Shown here: in pieces, positions 9,196-17,661 of the stretch
How positions within the stretch are numbered: position 1 is the stretch's first letter
Layout: every line of letters starts with the position of its first letter
DNA from: Myxococcota bacterium
GTDB lineage: Bacteria; Myxococcota_A; UBA9160; UBA4427
Direction of reading: 5' to 3'
Length of the DNA: 56,539 nt
Assembly (NCBI GenBank): GCA_036336835.1
Contig: JAYZFK010000035.1
Span: 1-56,539 of the forward strand
The notes under the pieces: model-generated
The model's input: the letters and a program-made list of their open reading frames with translations, nothing else
The model's database searches: none
Told to the model about the DNA's origin: nothing
Position numbers and translations under genes: made by a program

Positions 9196-9648
9196 TCAGT
9201 CGAACGTCCACTTGCGCACGGGCTCGCTGCCGGCGGCGTGCTCGATACACTGGACGTCGAACCAGATCGGGAGCAGGTAGCGCACGTAGAAGGCGCGTAC
9301 CGTGGTATCACCCGTCTTCAGATCGTCGTACAGCTTGAGCTCGACGCGCGGATCCTGCTCCTGGCGCTTCTGGCACTCCTCGAGAAGCGAGTCCACCTCG
9401 GCGCGGGTGTCGTACAAGAAGCCCAGGTGATCGAATCCGGGGCTGGAGAGATGCTTGCGCTGCTCGGTCACCAGGATGAACTGGCTCGTCTCGGGATCCG
9501 TGCGCAGCAGCAGGCCGGTCTGCTTGAGGATGTCGACGTCGAGCGTCTCGAAGCCGAACACCTCCGTGTAGAACTTCGCGATGTCGGCGCGGTGCTCGGT
9601 CAGGGAGCCCTTGGGCAGTGTGAGCTCCATGTGGTTGAAACGCGGCAT
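9196..9648 (-). CDS. VOC/glyoxalase-like protein
   Basis: FNHMELT...KFYTEVFGF...DHLGF. GGAGG before ATG. Confidence 0.75.
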   Translation of the reverse strand: MPRFNHMELTLPKGSLTEHRADIAKFYTEVFGFETLDVDILKQTGLLLRTDPETSQFILVTEQRKHLSSPGFDHLGFLYDTRAEVDSLLEECQKRQEQDPRVELKLYDDLKTGDTTVRAFYVRYLLPIWFDVQCIEHAAGSEPVRKWTFD

Positions 9649-9707
9649 CGAGCGCCTCCCGGTTCGAGGCGATAGTCTGACACGCGAACAGCCGGAGGGG
9701 AAGTGGC

Positions 9708-10358
9708 GTGGCACTGCGCGAGGCCCTCGAAACCAGTAGCGAACTGTTCGTTCGCCAGCGCAAGGAGTGGACCGAGATCGTGATCGATCTCGAGATGCGC
9801 AATCGCTACCAGGTGATGGACGCCAGCGGCGGTACCCTGGGAGCGATTGCCGAGGTGGCGACGGGCTTCTCGGCGTTCCTCGCGCGCAGTTTTCTGGGAT
9901 CGCACCGGCCGCTCGACGTTCGCGTGATCGAGCGCGATGGCAGCGAGCTGCTGCGCCTCACGCGCGCCTTCTTCTGGGTCTTCTCGTCCCTTGCCGTCTC
10001 GCGGGCCGACGGCGCCCGGCTCGGCAGCGTCGAGCGCCGCTTCGGCATCCTGTACCGAAAGTACGACTTGCTCGACGAGTACGGCCGCTGCTTCGCGCGG
10101 GTGAGCGCACCGCGCTGGCGCATCTGGACATTTCCGGTGGCGGGCGAGGACGGCATTTCCGAGGCCGTGATCTCGAAGAAGTGGGGCGGCGCGCTGCGCG
10201 AGATCTTTACCGACGCGGATACGTATCGGGTGGCCTTCGGGTCCGGCAGCTGGAGCCCGGGGCAGCGCGCCCTGGTGTTCGCCGCGGCGATCTCGATCGA
10301 CTTCGACTTCTTCGAGAACAACCAGGGTCGGGGTGGCCGACTCGGATTCGGGGACTGA
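9708..10358 (+). CDS. Phospholipid scramblase/LURP-one-like protein
   Basis: LFVRQRKEW.E....E.RNRY, ISKKWGGALREIFTDADTY and AAAISIDFDFFEN, typical of the scramblase domain. Confidence 0.88.
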   Translation: MALREALETSSELFVRQRKEWTEIVIDLEMRNRYQVMDASGGTLGAIAEVATGFSAFLARSFLGSHRPLDVRVIERDGSELLRLTRAFFWVFSSLAVSRADGARLGSVERRFGILYRKYDLLDEYGRCFARVSAPRWRIWTFPVAGEDGISEAVISKKWGGALREIFTDADTYRVAFGSGSWSPGQRALVFAAAISIDFDFFENNQGRGGRLGFGD

Positions 10359-10363
10359 GCCGC

Positions 10364-12142
10364 TCAGCGGCCTCGCGGTGGTCGGCCTCGTCGATCCACC
10401 GAGTTCCCTTCGAGCTCTAGATTCTCTGCGGTCTTCGCGAACTTCTCGTCGACGGTGATGTACTGATTGTTGCCGAGCTGGCGCCCCCGCATCCACCACG
10501 GGCCGCGTTCGGGCGCGCGTCGCGTCCAGTACGCCACGCGCCGGCCGAGTCGCTCCGCCATGTGGCTCCGCGCCGGGTAGCTGCCTCCCTGGAACACCGC
10601 GATTACCGGGAACGGGACACCGGCCGGCCGAAGCAGCCCTTCGAACAACGGGTAGAGGGCTTCCGGTCCCCACATCAGGCCGAAGATGGCCGGCTTGGAA
10701 CGCGGATGCGCGACGTCTGTCAGATAGCGGTCCGTCAGACCGTGAAGATCGACGGTTCCGATCCTGCCGTAGTACTTCGTCGCAGCGAAGTAGATGACCA
10801 TCCCGATGTTCTCTGCGGCGATGTATACGCGCTCTGGAGTCTCCTCGAGCACGGCCCCGATGATCGTCTGCATGGCTTCCGCCAACGGGATGTCTCGTCG
10901 CTGCGATCGATTCTGCGTCTGCAGCCAGGAGTAGGAGGACTCGGCCTGCGTGGCGGGAGCCGGGCGCGCCCAGAACGGGATCGCCAGGGACTGGGTCTGA
11001 GCCAGATGGACCGACGAGAGCAAGCCAAGCGCGACCAGTGCGGCGGTCATCGATGTCGCCAGCCCGGCGATCTGGGTGCGAAAAACGGCGCTCAATGCGA
11101 GTACGACGAGCAGTGGTAGGACGTGGGCGATGAAACGTGCGCCCTCCATCCAGTCGCCGCCCGCAAGCACGACGAACCCCATCGATGAGAGGCAGAACAG
11201 AGCGAGCAGGCTGCGAGTGAGATTCGCTGTCTGCGACCTCAGCACATCCCAGACCGCGGCGAGCAAGCCCACGATGCAGCCGAGCCAGAGAGGAGTCAGC
11301 CACGGGAAGCGGCCCACGTAGCTCAGGCCACGATCGAGCTGGTTCCAACTCAGCCCCTGGTACTTCACGAGTGCGGGCTGCGGCAGGAAGCTGTCGAAGT
11401 ACAGGAGTCGAAACAGCGCGAGACAAGCCGCGAGAACGGCGACCTCGCCGAGCAGGAGCGAGGCTCCGCGCAGACTTCGGCGCTTGTCCTGCCAACTCGT
11501 TCTTCGCAGGGCCAGCAGCACCAGCATGCCGGCCGTCGCACACAGCGCGACATGCGGGCTCTCCGGGCGACACGCGAGGAAGAGCAGGAGCGCCCCGGCC
11601 GATAGGAGGATCGCCTTCGGGCTGGTTCTGCCCTCCAGCAACGGTCGACTCGTCAGCACCGCGAGAGTCGCGGTCAGCGCCACGAGTGGAACCTCCGTCC
11701 CGCTGAACGACCAGTAGACGAAACAGCCGGACACACTCGACAACAGCATCGCCGGCCAGGCACCGCCCGCTTCACATCGGGCAGCGAGCCGACCGCAGGC
11801 GACGAGGGCGGCGGCTCCGCTGAAAACGCCCAGCAGCCAGGCTGCCATCGGAGGATCGAACGGAGTGAGCTTGACCACGCTCGCCACGAGGACGACCAGG
11901 AGCAGACTGGACGACTGCTCTACTCGCTCGCCGTTGTAGTTCAGGATCTCGCCGTAGGTCGCCAGCGTGTGCGCCGGCCAGTAGCTGATGTACTTGTCGT
12001 CTCGTCCCGCGGACGGAAACAGGAAGAGGCCGATCGTGAGGAAGATCAGTATCGGTACGAGCTGTCGCCAGGTCCCACCGGACGCGTCGAGCCGCGCCCG
12101 TCCGGTTCTCGCCCGTTCGCTCTGGGGGTCACCTGCGGTCAT
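10364..12142 (-). CDS. Polytopic membrane protein, GT-C glycosyltransferase-like (AftB-related)
   Basis: DDKYISY...NYNGERVEQSSS, CRPE, GGDWMEGARF and VDLHGLTD motifs; many TM segments. ATGA overlap with the upstream gene. Confidence 0.7.
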   Translation of the reverse strand: MTAGDPQSERARTGRARLDASGGTWRQLVPILIFLTIGLFLFPSAGRDDKYISYWPAHTLATYGEILNYNGERVEQSSSLLLVVLVASVVKLTPFDPPMAAWLLGVFSGAAALVACGRLAARCEAGGAWPAMLLSSVSGCFVYWSFSGTEVPLVALTATLAVLTSRPLLEGRTSPKAILLSAGALLLFLACRPESPHVALCATAGMLVLLALRRTSWQDKRRSLRGASLLLGEVAVLAACLALFRLLYFDSFLPQPALVKYQGLSWNQLDRGLSYVGRFPWLTPLWLGCIVGLLAAVWDVLRSQTANLTRSLLALFCLSSMGFVVLAGGDWMEGARFIAHVLPLLVVLALSAVFRTQIAGLATSMTAALVALGLLSSVHLAQTQSLAIPFWARPAPATQAESSYSWLQTQNRSQRRDIPLAEAMQTIIGAVLEETPERVYIAAENIGMVIYFAATKYYGRIGTVDLHGLTDRYLTDVAHPRSKPAIFGLMWGPEALYPLFEGLLRPAGVPFPVIAVFQGGSYPARSHMAERLGRRVAYWTRRAPERGPWWMRGRQLGNNQYITVDEKFAKTAENLELEGNSVDRRGRPPRGR

Positions 12143-13179
12143 CGGAGCCTGTACAGAAGAGCGAACTCGGTCCTCTCGCCGGACTCGCGCGGCGCCCTGT
12201 CGCCGGCCTTGCCGGTTCTGGGACTGAGTGCCGGGCCCACACTGCGCTCGAGGAAGTCCAGCACGCGGCGACGCCACTGGTCGGGGGCGGCATCGAAGAG
12301 TGCGGCGTGGCGCGCTCCTTCGGCGATCCAGAGTTCGGCAAACGGTGCGGCCTGGTACAGCGCATGGGTGTGCGCGACGGGAATCACGCGATCCGCCGTA
12401 CCGTGCATCAGCAGCACCGGGCGGGGAGCGATCTGCTCGATCGCCTCGATCGGCGCGTGCGTTTCGTCGGCGCCGACCCGCCAGGCCGTGAGCGAAGCGA
12501 TCCAGCCGACCAGGGTGGTGGCGTTGGCGGCGCGTGCGTCGAAGGTCGCCGCGCCATCGCGAATCAGCGACCCGAGGTCGGTGAACGGGTTCTCGGACAC
12601 GATCGCGTCGATCGTCGCGTCTCGCGCTGCAGCCAGGATCGCGCTCGCGCCGCCCTGCGAGGTACCGACGACGGCGACACGCTCGAGCTGGCCGCGGCGG
12701 CGCGCGTAGCGGGCCGCCGCGATCACGTCCGCGTGCTCGCGGACTCCGAACGAGACACCGCGGCCGTCGCCGTCGCTGATGCCGTGCTCGCGGCAGTCGA
12801 ACATCAGCACCGGATAGCCGGCCTCGTGGAATACGGGCAGGTGGCGCAGAAAGTCTCGGCGGTCGGCCCCGGCTCCGTGCACGGTGACGACGCCGACCCG
12901 GGCGTCGGGCGAGCCGGGGATCCACCAGCCTCGCAGTGTTGCGTCACCGTCGGTCGGGAACTCCACTGTTTCGAAGGGCCAGCTGAAATCTCGCTCCGGA
13001 TCGTGTGTCTTGCCCGCCCAGTTCGCGAACGACTCGGCCGGAAGCAGCCCCTGCTGGGGGCTTCGGTGCTGGTACCAGCCCGGGCGCAGCGCCATCTCGG
13101 AGCCGACCCACAGCCCGCCGCCGAGCAGTCCCGCGGCGGCGAGCGACAGGCTGGCGCAGATCGCGGCGAGCAGGCGCAT
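12139..13179 (-). CDS. Secreted or membrane-anchored alpha/beta hydrolase
   Basis: N-terminal signal or anchor; LRGWWIP, VHG, GTSQGG, HGTADRVIP, GARHA (Ser-Asp-His triad). Confidence 0.9.
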   Translation of the reverse strand: MRLLAAICASLSLAAAGLLGGGLWVGSEMALRPGWYQHRSPQQGLLPAESFANWAGKTHDPERDFSWPFETVEFPTDGDATLRGWWIPGSPDARVGVVTVHGAGADRRDFLRHLPVFHEAGYPVLMFDCREHGISDGDGRGVSFGVREHADVIAAARYARRRGQLERVAVVGTSQGGASAILAAARDATIDAIVSENPFTDLGSLIRDGAATFDARAANATTLVGWIASLTAWRVGADETHAPIEAIEQIAPRPVLLMHGTADRVIPVAHTHALYQAAPFAELWIAEGARHAALFDAAPDQWRRRVLDFLERSVGPALSPRTGKAGDRAPRESGERTEFALLYRLR

Positions 13180-13242
13180 GCCGGGATTCTACACAGCGCG
13201 TGCTCGGCTGGTTTAGGATGACGGCGCCCAATGGAGGCCGCC

Positions 13243-14352
13243 ATGCCGCTCTACCCGATGGATGACTATCTCGCCCACCAGACGACCGACACGTTCGACC
13301 GGGTCTTCACCAGCGATCGGAACTTCTACGACCGCTACTACTTCAACATGCATGCCTCCAGTGACGAGCTCTTCCTCGTCACCGGGATTGGGCAGTATCC
13401 GAACCTCGGTGTCACCGATGCGTTCGTCTGCGTCTCCTACGGCGATACCCAGTACACCGTGCGCGCGTCGCGCGAACTGGGCGGCGACCGCATGAACACC
13501 CAGGTGGGTCCCTTTCGCACGGAGGTGATCGAGGGCCTCAAGACGCTGCGGCTCGTCTGTGACGACAACGAGTGGGGCGTCGGCTTCGACGTCACCTGGC
13601 AGGGCGCTCACGAAGCACTCGAGGAGCCGAAGTCGCTCAAGCAGAGCTTTGCCCGGACGACGATGGAGACGTCGCGCTTCGCGCAGGTCGGGACCTACAG
13701 CGGAACGCTCGAGGTCGCCGGCAGGTCGTTCGATGTCCGCCCCGACAAATGGAAGGGCGCGCGCGATCGTTCGTGGGGCATTCGCGGAGTGGGCGAGCCC
13801 GAGCCGCCGGGCATCCGCGCGACCGAGAGCCGCTCTGCCGGCTTCTTCCACAACTGGATGCCGATGCAGTTCGACGACTACCTGCTCAAGGTCTATATCG
13901 AGGAGGGACCCGACGGCGAGCGCGAGGTCGAGGAGGCGGTGAAGGTCTACAACTTCGGCATCGACAAGGCGCCGGAGCAGTACGGCTCGCCTACTCATCA
14001 GATGCAGTACCACTCGGGCACACGCGAGGTCTCGGGTGCGACCATCGGGTTCGCACACAGCGATCTCACGGTCACGAACGTGCCGCTGCGCACCGTGAAT
14101 CTCGGTATGGGCAGCGGCTACGTCAACACGGACGGCTGGGGCCACGGTGTCTACCAGGGCGAGCTCAAGGTCGAAGGCCTCAGCTACGACGTTTCGACCC
14201 CGCAGCAGCGCGCAAAGACATTCGGCCTGAACGAGACGTTGTGCCGCTTCGAGGCCAGCAGCGGCGACGTCGGCTACGGGATGCACGAGAATTTCATCGT
14301 CGGCATCTACCGGCCGTATGGCTTCGACGCGCCGGGGACGGTCGCGCCCTAG
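13243..14352 (+). CDS. Conserved uncharacterised beta-rich protein (paralog of 53129-54259)
   Basis: Strong GC3 codon bias; GGAGG before ATG; motifs DDY..HQ, DRNFYDRYYFN, YPNLG, RDRSWGIR, WGHG. Confidence 0.85.
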   Translation: MPLYPMDDYLAHQTTDTFDRVFTSDRNFYDRYYFNMHASSDELFLVTGIGQYPNLGVTDAFVCVSYGDTQYTVRASRELGGDRMNTQVGPFRTEVIEGLKTLRLVCDDNEWGVGFDVTWQGAHEALEEPKSLKQSFARTTMETSRFAQVGTYSGTLEVAGRSFDVRPDKWKGARDRSWGIRGVGEPEPPGIRATESRSAGFFHNWMPMQFDDYLLKVYIEEGPDGEREVEEAVKVYNFGIDKAPEQYGSPTHQMQYHSGTREVSGATIGFAHSDLTVTNVPLRTVNLGMGSGYVNTDGWGHGVYQGELKVEGLSYDVSTPQQRAKTFGLNETLCRFEASSGDVGYGMHENFIVGIYRPYGFDAPGTVAP

Positions 14353-14421
14353 CGGACCGGGGAGCCGGCTCGCCCGCGACCTGCTGCATTGGGTGGGCCC
14401 GGCGCGTCCCCTGTGGATTGC

Positions 14422-15177
14422 TCAGTTGCGGCGCGCCACGAACAGCCAGTCCCAGGGCAAGGGCTCTCGCAGCCAGCGCGGCGGATGATCGAAATAGGCC
14501 GACCACGGATACTCGATGCGGTCCTCGTGGACCACGGTGAAACGCGCGTCGCGCAGCCGTGCGAGCGCCTCCTCGCGCAGGAAGTGCTTGGTCCGTGACT
14601 GGTCGAGATCGATGATGCCGTGCAGCAGATCGCGGGCCGCTCGTTCGGTGGCTGCGATCCCCTCGGTCAACAGCGCTCGCCCCCGACGTCCCGAGCGGCG
14701 GTTCCACTCGATGAGCCGCTCGTTGACGTACAGCGCCGCCTCGAGCGAGGGTACGACGAGCACCAGCGGTGCCTCTGGCGCGAGACTCGCTCGGATGTGG
14801 CGCAGCGCGGCGGCTCGCTCGTCGTGCGACGGCATGATCCAGGCGTTCACGCAGACGCCGAGCTCGATGCCGCGCAGGCGCGGGATCGGACGCCGGAGAT
14901 CGACGCGCCGCAGCTCCACCTGTTCGAGCCCCGCGCTGCGCGCGCGCGCGACCTCGAGCAGCTTCGGTGCGAAGTCGAGGCCGACGACCTCGTCGAACCG
15001 ATCTGCCAGTCCGGCTAGCTGGCGTCCGGTGCCACAGCCGTAGTCCGCGACGCGGGACGCTCCGCGCCCGAAGCGACGGACCGCCCGCCAGAAGGCGCCG
15101 CGCACGTCGCTGGCAACGGGGTCGAATACCGCGTCGTCGAAGTCGCCGTGCATCGCGTCCCAGAACGAGGCCTTCAC
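14422..15177 (-). CDS. Class I SAM-dependent methyltransferase
   Basis: Motif I VADYGCGTG, then VVGLDFAPKLL and RVDL. Confidence 0.85.
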   Translation of the reverse strand: MKASFWDAMHGDFDDAVFDPVASDVRGAFWRAVRRFGRGASRVADYGCGTGRQLAGLADRFDEVVGLDFAPKLLEVARARSAGLEQVELRRVDLRRPIPRLRGIELGVCVNAWIMPSHDERAAALRHIRASLAPEAPLVLVVPSLEAALYVNERLIEWNRRSGRRGRALLTEGIAATERAARDLLHGIIDLDQSRTKHFLREEALARLRDARFTVVHEDRIEYPWSAYFDHPPRWLREPLPWDWLFVARRN

Positions 15178-15361
15178 GGATCGGAGTGTGCCGCAGGTCG
15201 GTACGTCCGCCCGGGGGGCTGGCGCTTGCGCGACTCGACGCGCACCGAGCGAGACGCGCAGCTCACGGCGCTGGCGCGCGACAGCCGACTCGCGGTCGTC
15301 CGATCGGGACCCGCCAGGAAGGCTCCACCGAGGTCGGTCGCTGCATGCTACACCGCAAGCC

Positions 15362-16450
15362 ATGGTCGATCCGGAGCGACTGCGCGAAGCGTTTGCGCTT
15401 CAGTACCAGATCTGCCGCGGGCTCGGTGCGGAGGTTGCGGCGACCGTGCTCGATCGCGCGCGCTGCGACGTCGACACGGACGGGCCGGTGGGCGCACTGC
15501 TCGATGGGCTCGAGGCCGATCCGATCGAGGGCAACCTGCCGCTGCGGCTGCTCGCGGCGGTCCATCGGCTGGTGCTCGGCGGGGGCGCACCGGAGCTCGA
15601 GGTACATTTTCCGACGACGGGTGGCAAGCCGGATCTGGCTGCGGTCGGCGATCTCTTCGTGGCCTGCGTCGCACGCGAGGCGGGGCCGTTGCGGGCCCAG
15701 CTCGTCGTTGATCCCCAGACCAATGAGGTGGCGCGCGCCGCTGTCCTGTTCGCCGGCCTGATGACGATCTGGCAGCGCACGCGCCTGCCGATGCGCCTAT
15801 TGGAGCTGGGAGCGAGCGCCGGTCTCAACCTCCATTTCGATCGCTTCCGCTACAAGCTGGGGAGGTTCGAGTGGGGCGATCCCTACTCGCCGGTGTCGCT
15901 GTACCCGAGCTGGTCGGGCGACTTGCTCGCCGCCGAGGAAGCGCCGATGGACATCGTGTCGCGCGCGGGCTGCGACCTCGATCCGATCGACGTCACCGAT
16001 CCCGAGGCAGCGCTGCGGCTGTGCTCCTACGTCTGGCCCGACGATCCCGACCGGCTCGATCGGCTTCGTGCCGCGATCGGCCTGGCGCGCCAGGATCCGA
16101 TCACCGTCGATCGCGACGACGCACTGGACTGGCTCGCCGACAAGCTCGAGAGCCTGCAGCCGGGTGTGGGCACGGTGATTTTCCACTCGATCTTCTGGGC
16201 CTACTTGTCGCGTTCCGCGCGCGACGAGCTGACCGCTCTGATCGAACGGACCGGCGAGCAGGCGCGCATCGGCCAGCCTCTGTGCTGGCTCCGGCTCGAG
16301 CAGGAGGACCAGGTGTGCCAGCTGCGGCTGCGCGTCTGGCCGGCCGGAGGCGGCCAGGACGAGTTGTTGGCCGATGTCCATCCGCACTGCCGTTGGATCA
16401 GGTGGCAGCAGCGCGGCGCTCGACCCCTGCTCGAAGAAATCGATCGGTGA
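15362..16450 (+). CDS. DUF2332 family protein
   Basis: PLRLLAAVHRLVL, QTNEVARAA, LLELGASAGLNL, GCDLDPID, SYVWPD...RLDRL and FHSIFWAY motifs. Confidence 0.9.
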   Translation: MVDPERLREAFALQYQICRGLGAEVAATVLDRARCDVDTDGPVGALLDGLEADPIEGNLPLRLLAAVHRLVLGGGAPELEVHFPTTGGKPDLAAVGDLFVACVAREAGPLRAQLVVDPQTNEVARAAVLFAGLMTIWQRTRLPMRLLELGASAGLNLHFDRFRYKLGRFEWGDPYSPVSLYPSWSGDLLAAEEAPMDIVSRAGCDLDPIDVTDPEAALRLCSYVWPDDPDRLDRLRAAIGLARQDPITVDRDDALDWLADKLESLQPGVGTVIFHSIFWAYLSRSARDELTALIERTGEQARIGQPLCWLRLEQEDQVCQLRLRVWPAGGGQDELLADVHPHCRWIRWQQRGARPLLEEIDR

Positions 16451-16602
16451 CCCGAAGCGAAACCCACCCGAAATGGAGCCAGTCGGCTAGTAGGGTACTG
16501 CCCGATTGGGTAAAGTGAGGCGCCCTGTGAGTCGCCCGTCGCAGACGCGGTGCTCTCCACGGTTCATTCGTCGGTTCCAGCTAGCGAGGGGCATTGGACC
16601 TG

Positions 16603-17652
16603 ATGCAAGGCCTCGCAGCGGCGTCCGCGAGTTCGTCTTCCGGAGTCTTCGATGCGGCAGAGCTCCGCCGCCGCTTCGGAAGCGTGTATCGCCCGAAGCC
16701 CTGGCTCTACTGGACGGACATGCTGGTGTCCGCCGCCGTCGGCTGGGCCGCGTTCGTTCTGGCAGTGGTGCAACCGCTGTTCTCGAGCGAGTACCTGCTG
16801 TGTCTGCTGATCGCGATCCTCGCACTGCTTCGCAGCGTGCTCTTCATCCACGAGCTCGCCCACATCAAGTCCGTTCAGCTGCCGAACTTCGAGGTTGTCT
16901 GGCACCTGGTGGTGGGGACTCCGCTGATGGTGCCGAGCCTGATGTACGTCGGCTCGCACAACGACCATCACAAGCGCAACGCGTTCGGGACCAAGGACGA
17001 CCCCGAGTACGCACCGATTGCCCGCTACACGCGCTTCAAGCTGGTCCGCTTCGTGCTCTCGGTGGCCGTCGTGCCGCTGGCGCTGCCGCTTCGCTGGGGT
17101 GTGCTCGCACCACTGTCCTATCTGCTCCCGTCGCTGCGCAAGTTCGTGGTAGAGCGTGCGTCGACCCTCGTAATCAACCCGGACTACCGCCGGCCGATGC
17201 CGACGGGCAGGCAGGCGAAGCGCTGGGTCGTTCAGGAGATGGCGTCGGGCACCGTGTTCTGGCTGGCATTCGGCGCGTGGGCGCTGGGCTGGCTGCCGCT
17301 GGCCGTTGCGATCACCTGGGTGCTGCTCACGAGCGGGATCCTCGTGATCAATCAGATCCGGACTCTGGCGGCACACCACTACCAGAACGACGGCCGCGAG
17401 GTCGATGCGCTCGGCCAGCTGATGGACTCGGTCAATCTGCGAGGGGTGCCGATCCTGACGGCGCTGATTGCGCCCGTCGGGCTCCGCTACCACGCACTGC
17501 ACCACTTCCTGCCGGCCGTGCCGTACCACAGCCTGGGGACGCTGCACCGCCGGCTGTGCCGCGAGCTGCCGCCGGAGGCTGTCTACCACCGGACCGAAGC
17601 CGAGGGCATCCTGCCGATGCTGCGACGGCTGTGGGACCGCGCCCCGGCCTGA
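16603..17652 (+). CDS. Membrane fatty-acid desaturase/hydroxylase family protein
   Basis: Three His boxes HELAH, HNDHH and HALHH; TM segments. Alternative TTG start at 16594. Confidence 0.9.
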   Translation: MQGLAAASASSSSGVFDAAELRRRFGSVYRPKPWLYWTDMLVSAAVGWAAFVLAVVQPLFSSEYLLCLLIAILALLRSVLFIHELAHIKSVQLPNFEVVWHLVVGTPLMVPSLMYVGSHNDHHKRNAFGTKDDPEYAPIARYTRFKLVRFVLSVAVVPLALPLRWGVLAPLSYLLPSLRKFVVERASTLVINPDYRRPMPTGRQAKRWVVQEMASGTVFWLAFGAWALGWLPLAVAITWVLLTSGILVINQIRTLAAHHYQNDGREVDALGQLMDSVNLRGVPILTALIAPVGLRYHALHHFLPAVPYHSLGTLHRRLCRELPPEAVYHRTEAEGILPMLRRLWDRAPA

Positions 17653-17661
17653 AACGTGGGC

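Noticed and set aside
10364..12925. 853-aa version of the GT-C-like protein
   Set aside because: The extension overlaps the alpha/beta hydrolase in another frame. The ATGA coupling at 12139-12142 marks the likely start.
16479..16509. Imperfect hairpin ccagtcgg...ccgattgg upstream of the desaturase
   Set aside because: It has mismatches and no U-tract, so it cannot be called a terminator or a known RNA element.
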